64,000 nucleotides of DNA from Octopus vulgaris. Its lineage: Eukaryota. The stretch is taken from positions 140,926,001-140,990,000 of the forward strand of contig OX597817.1 of NCBI GenBank assembly GCA_951406725.2, in the 5' to 3' direction. This document shows positions 26,504 to 38,247 of this stretch, piece by piece. The notes beneath the pieces were generated by a model, which saw nothing but the letters and a program-made list of their open reading frames with translations, ran no database searches and was not told the DNA's origin. The position numbers were made by a program, and so were the translations under genes. Each line of letters starts with the position of its first letter. Position 1 is the stretch's first letter.

Positions 26504-26518
26504 CTCAGGATCAGCAGC
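26504..26518 (-). CDS. Candidate 15-nt microexon (AADPE)
   Basis: CTTTTAG|GCTGCTGATCCTGAG|GTAACT, symmetric phase 0/0. Splice signals are the only support. Confidence 0.3.
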
Positions 26519-27522
26519 CTAAAAGTTGGGATTTTTTTTCTTTCTTTTTTATGCAAACATATCTGATTATCTGGCTGCAAAAATTCTTTATTTTTTTTTA
26601 ACTGTGGCCATGTTGGGGCACCACCTTGAAGGGATTTTTAGTCAAAAAAATCAACCCCAGTTGTTATTTTGAAGTCTAGTACTTATTGTATCAGTCTCTA
26701 TTGCTGAACTGCCAATTTATTGCAACATAAACCAGTGCCACCTCGACTGGCCTCCGTGCCGGTGACACGTAAAAAGCACCAACCGATTGTGGCGGTTGCC
26801 AGCCTCGCCTGGCACATAAAAAGCACCCACTACACTCACAGAGTGGTTGGCGTTAGGAAGGGCAACCAGCTGTAGAAACACTGCCAGATCAGACTGGGCC
26901 TGGTGCAGCCTCCTGGCTTCCCAGACCCCAGTCAAACCGTCTAACCCATGCTAGCATGGAAAGCAGATGTTAAACGATGATGATGATGATGATGATAAAT
27001 AAACCACCACCAGTTATCACCACCATCTACTAAGTCCCCTCACAAGGTATTGGTTGACCTAGGGTTACACTGCTTTTATTTTAATTAATTGTGAAAATAA
27101 TGAAAAATTTATTAAAATAACTTTCTCACTATTAATTTGGTGTTTGGAACACAAATTAACATGAAATTTTGATGGAAGATGTCAATTGATATTGCTTTAA
27201 AAGAGGATAGCCATCTGTTAAACCCACAGCTGTCCCAGGCAGGTTGATCATCATCATCATCATCATCATCATTTAACGTCCGCTTTCCATGGTAGCATGG
27301 GTTGGACGATTTTGACTGAGGGCTGGCGAACCAGATGGCTGCACCAGGCTCCAATCTTAAACTCAACAAAGCAGGTTGGAGAAGCACTCATCAGTTAGCC
27401 AATGGTGATGCTGTTTACAGCAATGAGTTGTACTTTGCCATAGATTGGTGGCTTCTTGTTGTATGGACGAGGGAAGCCAGGTGAATCACACAACAACACA
27501 TAAGAGAGGACTGAATACTTAC

Positions 27523-27615
27523 AGCGAGAGTGTAATCATCAAGACTAATTGAGTCTGTGTCATCTCCAACAGCCAGAGGAACTTCACTGATGTGACTCAG
27601 GGTAGAATCAATCTC
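27523..27615 (-). CDS. ECT2: Probable ECT2 tail exon (EIDSTLSHISEVPLAVGDDTDSISLDDYTLA)
   Basis: AAG acceptor after a pyrimidine tract, strong GTAAGT donor, 93 nt, phase 0/0, open in the expected frame, unique sequence. No recognisable homology. Confidence 0.75.
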
Positions 27616-27761
27616 CTTTAAGTTAAAGAAAACAATTTAAGAATTACATAATCAATGAGAAAAGAAGACAAGGTCTTAATTTTTATTGGAGATGTCAATG
27701 AACAACACTGCTTGCATGATGGTGAGGTTTGTTTACAACCATCACATGATGCCTAGACACC

Positions 27762-27793
<32 letters not shown>

Positions 27794-28280
27794 AAAGGAA
27801 TTAATCTTCTCTTTTCACTCCTTTGCACCACATGGACTCAACTCCCCTCCTCTCCTCATCTGACACCTACTTCTTCTCTTCACTCCTACCCACCTCTGCT
27901 CTCCTCTCTTGCTCTGACACCTACATCCTCCCATCATTGATACACCCTCCACCCACACAGCCCACCTTCACCCCACCCCACTCCACACTACACATTTCAG
28001 ACGCGCGCACACACACACACACACATCCACACATCAAAATTAACTGGCCCCTACCCAAACACAAACACGCTTATACATTCTCACATATACACACATGCAT
28101 GCGCACCTTCGTTTTGAGATCACCAATACTTTATTATCTCCCCTTCTTTCTACCTTTCCTGTCAACCCTCTTTTTTTCAACCAGTTGCCATGCTTGATCA
28201 CTAAATCCACAAGTATTCTGATATTTTAATTTTTTTTGTTACTGATTTTTGAATACACAAGTGTCGAGGTTACAAGAAAA

Positions 28281-29317
28281 ATGGAGAAAACTGAGTATCG
28301 TGCTGTCATAAAGTACCTTCATTTGAAAGGCGTGACTCCATCAGAAATCGATGAGAAACTTAACAGACAATGCTCCTTCATATGCAACAGTCAAACGCTG
28401 GATAAATGAATTCCAGCACGGCAGGGAGAGTGTGGAAGATGATCCCACACCAGGGAGGCCTCCAACTGCAACCACTGAGGACAACATTGACCTTGCTCTT
28501 GGTATGATAATGCAGGATTGTCGAATATCATGTCGCCAGATAGCTGAGAGATTGGGCATCTCAAATGAAAGAGCAGACAACAATGTGACAAAAGAACTTG
28601 GGTTCTCAAAGGTTTCTGCAAGGTGGGTCCCCCGCCTTTTGACTCCTGAACAGAAACGCACCAGGTGCACTTTGTCCACGAGCAAACTGGAACTGTTGAA
28701 GCTGATGAAGAAAATTTTCTTGCCTGTTTTATTACTATGGACAAAAGTTTGATTCATCACTACCAGCCTGAAACCAAAGAACAATCAAAGTAGGGGAAGC
28801 ACACATCTTCTCCTACCCCAAAGAAGGCCAGGTCATTCCTTCAGCTGGCAAGATCATGGCGTCAGTTTTTTGGGATTCTCAAGGTGTCATGCTGATCGAG
28901 TACCTTGAAAAGGGTCACACCGTGACAGGGCTGTATTATTCTCAGTAACTGTAAAGCCTCCAAGAACCAATCAAAGAAAAAGGCTAGAAACATTCACCAG
29001 AGGAGTCCTTTTTCATCACGACAATGCTCCAGCCCACACCTCAGTGGTTGCCATGGCCACAATTCGTGATTATGGATAGGAACTTGTTCCCCCATCTGCC
29101 CTATTCGCCAGACTTAGCCCCTTCTGACTTTCATCTATTCCCCAAAATGAAAAAAGCGCTGGCTGGTTGCCATTTTGCCACTGACAATGACATCATAGAC
29201 ACTGTAGGAAGTTTCTTAGAGTCTCAAACAAAAGAGTTCTTCTATGCCAGGATAATGGCACTTCAGCACCGCTGGAGAATGTGTTCAGCCATCAAAGGGG
29301 ACTATGTTGAAAAATAA
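28281..29317 (+). mobile_element. Mariner (DD34D) transposase pseudogene
   Basis: MEKTEYRAVIKYLHLKG start, GRPP, WVPRLLT, HDNA and YSPDLAPSDFHLFP motifs; several frameshifts and stops. Confidence 0.93.
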
Positions 29318-29840
29318 ATCATCAGAAGTCTTGTACTATGTTTTGTTTTTTCCCCCTCATATGCAGGGTGTGGTGAATAAACTGTCATCTAAATTACACA
29401 AAAGTGAAAATAACACTGACATCTCCTTTTAACAAATATATTAACGATATATATGATCTTTGAACTTTCAGCATCACAGAGGCAATGACCAGTGACCAAG
29501 ACCTTTGGTGATATGCTGTGCTTGAGATGACCCGTCAAGCCAAGTGAAATCATAGTCATGGCTGATGTTGGCATCACGTAACTGGCACCCATGCTGGTGG
29601 CACGTAAAGAGCACCATTGGAGCATTGAGCCTCACAGAGGCAAAAGTGGTCAAGTTCCTTTCGAGCGTTAGGCCTCACAGAAGCAAAGTGACTGAGTTCC
29701 TTTCAAGCATTGGGCCTCACGAAGTTGAACCATGAACTTTTATGCTTCTTTTTTCTTCTCTCTTTCCATCTCCTTATTCTTTTACTCCCTTCCTCTATGT
29801 TATCATCTTAATAATATATACCATTCTCATTTTCCAGTAT

Positions 29841-29896
29841 GTCTCTGATGACGGAATATCACATACTTGAGGATATCCCAGAAACAGCTGTAAGAT
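29841..29896 (+). ncRNA. Minimal type I hammerhead ribozyme motif (Penelope-like pLTR type)
   Basis: TCT-CTGATGA-[GGAATATC..GATATCCC stem II]-GAAA-CAGCTG-TA-AGA, with palindromic short stem III and GUA cleavage triplet. Confidence 0.65.
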
Positions 29897-29980
29897 TTTG
29901 AATTTCTTCCTGTAATAATACTGTATATGACTTGAGATGTTTGCCTTGCCTTAATGTTTGACATCCTGCTCAACAATTAT

Positions 29981-30111
29981 ATAAAAGGGCAAGCAACAGG
30001 TTGCTTAGCCAAATACCAAAAAATTAGAAATAGCAGTCAAATAAGTGGTCTTTGACTGCTATTTCTAATTTTTCGGTATGTGGCTAAGCAACCTGTTGTT
30101 TGCCCTTTTAT
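29981..30111. repeat. Inverted repeat, 61-bp arms, 9-nt loop, 3 mismatches
   Basis: 29981-30041 is the reverse complement of 30051-30111. Confidence 0.95.
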
Positions 30112-30438
30112 TTATATATATATATATAACTTTTTTTTAAATGTTCCTACCGATAATGGCTATATTTCCATACCGAAATCTACCCGGAAATAATTGTTGG
30201 TTTTATAATTAATAATTATTTACCCTTATATTATTAATATATATATATATATATATATATTCACACACACACATATATATATACATATTCATACATACAC
30301 ATGACAAGCTTCTTCTCAATGTCTACCAAATCCACTCACAAGGCTTTGGTTGGCCTGGGACAACATGGTTGAGAAGAAAGCTTGCCAAGCACACATATTC
30401 ATATATATTGAAGAAGAAAGTAGATAGTTAAAGCTTAC

Positions 30439-30625
30439 ATTCAAACTTAGTGTACTGTTTGGTCGATGTGCAGAGTAACCATAGCTGCGACCCAGAGTGC
30501 CAACAGATGCTCCAAGACCCTCCTTCATAAAAGGACTCAAACCATTTGCTACACTTGACACAGCCCTTTTCAACTGAGCTGGCGTTTTGCTAAACGAAAA
30601 GGCACGGCCGACTTTTTTACGGATT
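30439..30625 (-). CDS. ECT2: ECT2 exon, C-terminal polybasic/CDK1 region (IRKKVGRAFSFSKTPAQLKRAVSS...NSTLSLN)
   Basis: CAG/GTAAGC, 187 nt, phase 2/0. KKVxRAFSFSKTP matches the human motif containing the CDK1 site T815. Confidence 0.94.
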
Positions 30626-31179
30626 CTGGAAAGAAAAATTATAGAAATATATTCCAGTTTATTAATGAGCAACAAAAAAAGCAAACAAAAACAAATGTAA
30701 TCTTCTTTCTAATGAAAGGATTTAATTGCTTGAACAAGTTCAATAAATATGCATAAAAACCAAGTAAAAGTGTGTTTGATTTAGTTTTGTGTTCTATTAA
30801 CCTTCACATCCATCTCCGGGTCACTTTGTTCCCTACTATGATAGCAACAATAAACCAACCGTGAACAGGTGAGATGCTAATTTACAAGTTAAATAGCTGC
30901 AAACAGGTAAAATGATATGCAAATTACTTATTAATGCAATATAATGCCTTTGGTAGTGTTTCAACTGATAGCATTTCTATCAGTCAGTCATTGTGACTTG
31001 AGCTTTTAAAGCATAAATACATTTGAAATGAAGACAAACTTCAGATTTTGAATGTATAAATGGTATTGTAGAAAAGGAAATGGTTTCTACACACATACAT
31101 CTTGAAATGAGTGAATACAGCTACACATCTATATATTCATTTTTGCCTCCATATTCATACATATATGGAAACATTCATC

Positions 31180-31230
<51 letters not shown>

Positions 31231-31308
31231 CCATTTTCCATGCTAGTATAGATTAGATGGCTTGACAAGATCCAACAGGTTATAGAACGTCTCATTGTGT
31301 GTGTGTGT

Positions 31309-31369
<61 letters not shown>

Positions 31370-31454
31370 ATTAGGGAGTATATCTCCAAACTTACAGGGA
31401 AACTTTCAATTTAGTATTAAATCAAATTTCACAGTATAAATATAAAATATGAAT

Positions 31455-31681
31455 TTAGAGATAAAACCACTATTATACAACTCAAACAGTTATAGACATA
31501 AACTAATACGTAAATAACAATTCAAAAAGTATAAAATGAATGATAAATATAATATAATAAGTAATAAGTAATTACTTATTATATTATATTTATCATTCAT
31601 TTTATACTTTTTGAATTGTTATTTATGTATTGGTTTATGTCTATCACTGTTTGAGTTGCATAATAGTGGTTTTATCTCTAA
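31455..31681. repeat. Spacerless AT-rich palindrome with arms of about 110 bp
   Basis: Centre AATAAGTAA|TTACTTATT at 31571/31572; about 4 mismatches and one small indel. Confidence 0.95.
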
Positions 31682-33068
31682 TTATATATATGTATATACA
31701 CACACACACATGTTTGTGCTTTGACTTTATGTCAGGTTATATACAAAAAGACAATTTAACATTAAATTGAAAACATACTTAATACTTTTTAGTGGAGTTC
31801 ATGTTTAAACTTTTACAAGAAAGAAGTTAGCAGTGACCTTTGAAATTTTAACTTGCTCAACACTAATGAAAGTGAGCAAGCCAGTATCAACCTTTTCTTT
31901 GTAAAAGTCTATGTGCAGGTATAGATGTATGTGTGCCTGTATACACACATAAATATATATCACACATGTGTGATATATCATCATCATCATCATCATCATT
32001 TAGCATCTGTTTTCCATGGTGATATGGGTTGGATGGGTCGACAGGAGCTGGCAAGTCGGAAGACTGGACCAAGCTTGACTGTCTGCTTTGACATGATTTC
32101 TATGGTTGGATGCCCTTCCTAACACCAACCACATTAGAGTGCACTGGGTGCGTTTTACATGGTATCAATACTCAGGAGGTTACCAAGTATCTCACAAGAC
32201 AAGACCCCTCCCCCAACAGAGGTGTGGGGTGGCAGTAGTATTGAGGGAGGTGGCTTAATGCTAGGCGATGAGTGGTTAAAGTCTGATAAAGGGACAGGAA
32301 CAGATGGCTCGCTGTAGGGGGGAATACATGGTTACCTCAGGTTGAAAAGAAAGAGGATGGTAGTGAAGATGTGTGAAGGTGCACCTGCAAGTTGCAGAAT
32401 CATCATCATCATTTAATGTCCGCTTTCCATGCTAGCATGGGTTGGACGGTTCGACTGGGCTCTGGGAAGCCAGGAGGCTGCACCAAGCTCCAGTCTGATC
32501 TGGCAGTGTTTCTAGAGCTTGATGCCCTTCCTAACGCCAACCACTCTGTGAGTGTAGTGGGTGCTTTTTACGTGCTACCGGCACAGGTGTCAGGCGAGGT
32601 TGGCAACGGCCACGATCGATTGGTGCTTTTTACGTGCCACAGGCACAGAAGCCAGTCAAGGCGGCGCTGGCATCGGCCACGTTTGGATGGTGCTTTTTCA
32701 CATGCCACTGGCACAGGGGCCAGAGGAGGCTGCAACGGCCACGATTGGTTGGTGCTAAAAGTAGTTTGGTTGAGTAAGTTTGTGGGGAGGATGAAGGAGA
32801 GTTGCAGATGGACATGACAACAGACGGACACAAACAAAACTTCTTTTTTTTTTTTTTGCATACATCTACATATTTATCCTTTTTATTTATACATTACTTC
32901 AACATGGTTCTAACAAGGGAACCTACAGCAACACAGACAGAAGCCAGCTACACCCAGAAATCAGACATCTGGTGTGGGTAGAATAGTCAAACTAGCCAGA
33001 CTGCAATAGCCTGACACCATACGATATACAAGAACCAGATAATATTGATTCAAGATTTTACTTCCTTA

Positions 33069-33562
33069 TATTGGGTCATCCCATAAATGATGTGGTTTTT
33101 TCAACTGCATGAACTAAAAGTCAGAGTGGGATGGGATAAACTACTTGCATCAACTTGCTATAAAAGCAGGTAGTAATTTTACCTTATCCTTATTCTTAGT
33201 GCAAGATTTTAAGAGTGCAGTTCGATTTTAACAGCTGTTTTTCCAAAGCTATAATGGAAGTGACAAAGGAGTATATTCGGCATATTTTGCTTTATGAGTT
33301 CAATAAAGGCAACAAAGCAACGGAAAGTGCAAGGAATATTAATGCAGTATATAGGGATCGGACAATAAGCGTATGCCAGTGTCTACAGTAGTTCCATAAA
33401 TTCCAAGCCGGAAACTACAGCCTAGAAGACGAGCCTTGACCTGGAAGATCTGTAGACATCCTGCAAACCCTGGTGGAACAAAATCCCATTATAACTGTTG
33501 AGGAACTAGCAGAGAAGCTAACCCTAACCCTAATTCATCAACACCTGTGTGCCATCAGAAAA
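33069..33562 (+). mobile_element. 5' fragment of a mariner element (TIR-like end plus HTH)
   Basis: TA-TTGGGTCATCCCATAA end. ATG at 33254 gives MEVTKEYIRHILLYEFNKGNKATESARNINAVY...LEDEP*PGRS...TVEELAEKL. Confidence 0.85.
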
Positions 33563-34275
33563 TAACCATCTTTGGTTTCAAGATGAAAGGCAGGCTGTTA
33601 CTAACCCCTTCTCTTGGCTGTGTGATAGTTGTGAAGGAACATCACCACCATACAGGCAGTGTCTTTCATTTCCAGCCTTCTATGAAGGATATGTCAGGCC
33701 AAAAGGAAATATTATCTGACTTATAAACAGATAAGGACTGGTAACAGGAAGGACATCAAGCCATGGAAAATCTGTCTCAAAATAATTATTCCTGGCCCTT
33801 GCAAGTTTGGAAATGTAGATGTTAAAAAAATTATGTTGAAATGAAGAGTAGATAGAAACCAAAGCTGGGTTGTTCACATGTCAGAATAGGATCAAAAGAT
33901 TTCCTAATAGCAAGTCTAACAACATTACCTTCACAAAAATTATCAAAAGCAAGAAAGTGGAAGTTATAGCAAATGACAGGGAGGACAATGTCACAAACGG
34001 ATCTGCTTCTGTATAAGCCATTTTGCTGGTCATTAGGATGAGGGAGGGATTCAAAATGAGGGAAAAGAGGATTGTTAACTGTTTCTATATCCTCTGAGAT
34101 TCATCCAGCTTTTACCAAAGATACAGGTGTTGCTCCCACCCAAACCTTATATGACACAGAATAGCCATGTATCAGCTCTATCGCAAAAAACTTGTTCCTG
34201 TCCCTCTCAACATCTGGCATAAAAATCACCTCTCGTCTTTTGTCTTGCAAGTTTCTTGCTGACCTCACTAATACC

Positions 34276-34500
34276 TATTTCTTTACTACCCACAAGGGGC
34301 TAAACATAGAGGGGACAAACAAGGATAGACAAACGGATTAAGTCGATTACATCGACCATAGTGCGTAACTAGTACTTATTTAATCGACCCTGAAAGGATG
34401 AAAGGCAAAGCCGACCTCGGCAAAATTTTAACTCAGAACGTAGCGGCAGACGAAATACCACTAAGCATTTCGCCTGGCGTGCTAACATTTCTGCCAGTAG
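34276..34500 (-). mobile_element. Nin-like tRNA SINE with perfect 16-bp TSD
   Basis: TGACCTCACTAATACC at 34260-34275 and 34501-34516. Confidence 0.9.
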
Positions 34501-34854
34501 TGACCTCACTAATACCAATGCCATGAAAAAGAGCATGCAGTACATATTGTAATGTTGTTGGTCTTCGGAAGGAAAGGCAACCAACCATAGAAACCATGCC
34601 AAAATAGAGACTAGGTTTCATGCAGTCCTCTGGTTCATTGGACCTTGTCAACTGACCAAACCCATACCAGCAAGAAAGACATTAAATGATACTGGACAAC
34701 AAATATAATGATGATAGTGTGAAATAATCAGCTGAAAATCAGGGGAAATTGGATGAATTTGTTGCTGTGAAGTTAGAGCTGAGATATGAGGTGAAGTGAA
34801 CCAAAAACTGAAGAGGAAAATACTCAAGAAATTAATTCAATAATGGTGCTGTAC

Positions 34855-34931
34855 CGTAAAGCTCTACTCCGTGTCAAGTCTCTTGTGTCAACATTTAATG
34901 TCAGACCATCAACAGTGATGAAAAATTTCTC
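34855..34931 (-). CDS. ECT2: ECT2 exon (EKFFITVDGLTLNVDTRDLTRSRALR)
   Basis: T-rich CAG acceptor, GTACAG donor, 77 nt, phase 0/2, which exactly bridges the flanking exons. Aligns to human ENLIYTADPESFEVNTKDMDSTLSRASR. Confidence 0.88.
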
Positions 34932-37423
34932 CTGAAAAAACAAACAAACAATTTATCACAATGGTGCAATTTCAACATCACAAACTTAGGAAATTGGGGT
35001 CGAAATGGGGTTTACAGGGGGTTGCTAATGATTTTATAGGCTTCAGAGTGATGAAAGATGAGACTAATCCCCAATGGGGTTAGAAATTAAACCATATATT
35101 TCAAGATTAAATTATCAAATACACAATGGTTTCTGCCATTCCACAACACAAAACAAAACAATGAGGGAGCCTTACTTAACATGGCCAGTCAAGCTGCATG
35201 AAATAACAATCAAATCTCCCTCATATGAGCACCTGTTGGTATTAAAAAGGGGGATGGCACATTGCATGTTGTGGCACTAGACACACTACATCTAAATGAA
35301 TTGTTTAGATGGTCATGGACAGAACGCCTTTGATCTAGATCTGCTCAATTGTAAGACATAACAAATATGAGGTAAATAAAATGAGTAGTGTAAAGAATTC
35401 CATGAGAAACTAAACATCTGTGGTATATGTCTTTTATTTGTGGAAAAACTATTGAAACAATTTAAAACTGTAACAACCTTTACAAACTGTAACATAACTG
35501 TGAGGGAGAGAAAGTAATATAGAATTTGTAGTGAACAAACAATAATAGTTTATAATGGAACCTATAGAATGGCTGTTTATGATTAACAATGGAAAAGTAA
35601 AGATTTTCTTTGAAGAGAAACTAGTAAAAGACAAACCTGAGAATCCTTAGCAATGGATTAGATTTAAAGCTTCAATTCAGATTAAGAAACACAAGTTTTT
35701 TTTTTCCTTTTTCTTCTTAAAATAATTAATAAACCAAATAAAAATTTAAGTAAATATCCAACTAAATAAAATAGTAAAATTATAATTCAATACTGAGAAA
35801 ACAAAAACATGATTTTATCAATTTTTTTCTTACATCAGATTTTCTATCATGTTCCTTTGGTTCAAATGTTTTCAAATATAGATATTTGCATACCTATCCA
35901 ACTACATCTTACAATAATTACCTCTAACTAGATTACATGATTCATGACCAGTGTCATCAGAGACAAACAAAAAGAATTATATTTGTCCTCCCCAGAATTA
36001 TAATGGTTTGTATTCCTTCCAATAGACTTAGTAAACCTTTACATAAACCTTTCAGGTTTTATCTCAAGAGAAAGACCACCCAAAAAAAAAAGAAACATTT
36101 TCAACTTCAATATCAACCCCACTATGGCACAGTGCCACTCTTTTTCGTGTGTCAGTTTAATCTGTACACCATTTCTTCCTGTCTTTCTATGGCACAAATC
36201 AACATCTAGCACTTTCAACTAAGATTCATTCTGCATTCACATCACTCGTTTCACCTGTCTACATCATTATTATCCCCTGGACATTACCGTCTCAAGATGT
36301 ACAACTCATAACAGCCAATTTACCCAAATTCCCTGGCATGTAAATGACTGAGAACACAACATTCCCCCTGGATGGGATGCCAGTCCTTCACAAGGTTGCT
36401 CATTGACAGCTGAGTGGACTGGGGCAATATGAATTGAAACAGTTTGCCCAATAACACAATGCACTGCCCTGATTTGGAAATCAAAACCCTAATTTTGCAA
36501 TTGTGAGTGCAATACCCCAACCACTGGGCCATGTGCCTTCACACCAGTGTACATGAAACAAGGAACTTAATACTCAACCACTACATCAGCTCTACAAGGT
36601 TTCCCCAACCAATCTCTCTCTCTACTCTGTAGCATCCCTGACCTTACATGTTCTCCCATCAGCCTCACACTTCCCAGGAAACAGGTGTAAATGCTTTTTT
36701 GAACTTCTTTTACCTCTTTCTTTTTCTTGATATTACACTTCCACCTCAACCATCTCTAGTACTAATTAGGCCACCCCATTAGAAGAAACTATCTACTTTA
36801 TCTAACAGATCATCTAAGCAGTGTCCAGGTGTATTTCTCTATATCTCACACTGTCCTCATCCCTTGTCAAACTACCAGAGATCACACTCTTCACTAATGA
36901 TGATGAAAGCACAATACTGAGGTCTTTCCTGAATGTTAAGCAAGTCCCACATCCCTCTCTGATGGTTCTAGGATTTTACCATGTTGTACTTTTAAACCTT
37001 TCAATTCCAAACCATTCTAGCAAGTTTCAAACATAGCAGCCGCCGCCGTCGCCGTCGTCGTTTAACATCCACCTTCCATGCTAGCATGGGTTGGACGAAT
37101 GACTGAAGGCTGGCAAACCTGATGGCTGCACCAGACTTCAATCTTATTTATTTTATTTCAGAACATTTACAAATTTATTATTTTATCAATATTACCAGCT
37201 ACATTTTGTGTGTCAGTGTTATAACTATGAAACCCCTAGATATGGACACTGGGACACACCCAGCATACCATCATCATTTAACATCTATTTTCCATGCTGG
37301 CATGGATTGGATGGTTTGACAGGACCCAGCAAGTCACAGAGCTACACCAAGCTCCAGAGAAGGAGAGAGAGTGAGAGTGAGTGAGTGAGTGTGTGTGTGT
37401 CTGTGTGTGTGTGTGTGTGTGTG

Positions 37424-37455
<32 letters not shown>

Positions 37456-38101
37456 CTTGACTTAACACCATGTGATTGTTGCAAATAAGTGTCCTGTCAT
37501 TCAAGCAGTGCCATTCATTACTGATATTGTGTGCAAACATGCCTGGCCATGAGGAAAATACTAGAAATAGGTGTGGGTTGGCAATCGGAATAGCATCAGC
37601 CATGGAGAAATTGTCTGAATAAACTTGGTCCAACCTAAGCAAGCATGAGAGAATGGACATTAAAATGATGATGATAATGATGATGATATTACACAGTCAA
37701 CCAATTCAAATCAGCCAGAGATATATTATGCCATAGTGAATACACATCATTCTTAGACAGTCTAAATTTACCAGATTGTGAGAACTAAGAATTAGCAAAT
37801 ATTCTGGGGAATTCTTTCTGATAGACTAACCCCCTCACCAGGAAGATTTATCTCTTGTTCACACAATACTACAAAACATGGATTCATTTCCCAGTCTTAT
37901 AGATTCCTGAGTTTTTCAAAAGATTTAAACTTTTGATTCACTCCCAATCTGTTGTAAAGGTAGATGATATTATTCAAAAATTCCATTTCAAACATTCCAT
38001 TCAAAGTATGTCTTATGAAAAAGATAACATCAAGTTAATAGTATTCTCTTAATGCAAATCTGGTTTTATAGATTGAGACTAAATTGGATAAGTTCACTTA
38101 C

Positions 38102-38247
38102 ATAGTCTGTACGGCATAAGGTATCAGCAATCGACCGACAAAGAAGCATCTGAAATTCCCTCTTTGGAATATCACAGTCCATTTTAAAAGCATACCATTC
38201 ATCTTTGTCTCCATTGTTACAGGTGAGACCAAAGGCATTTTGACAAG
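38102..38247 (-). CDS. ECT2: ECT2 exon, PH domain (TCQNAFGLTCNNGDKDEWYAFKMDCDIPKREFQMLLCRSIADTLCRTDY)
   Basis: CAG/GTAAGT, 146 nt, phase 1/0. Similar to human CHNAFAL...LCRHVANTICKAD. Confidence 0.93.

Noticed and set aside
35176-35232. Possible small poison exon between ECT2 exons 38102 and 34931
   Set aside because: Only splice dinucleotides with weak pyrimidine tracts; not distinguishable from chance.
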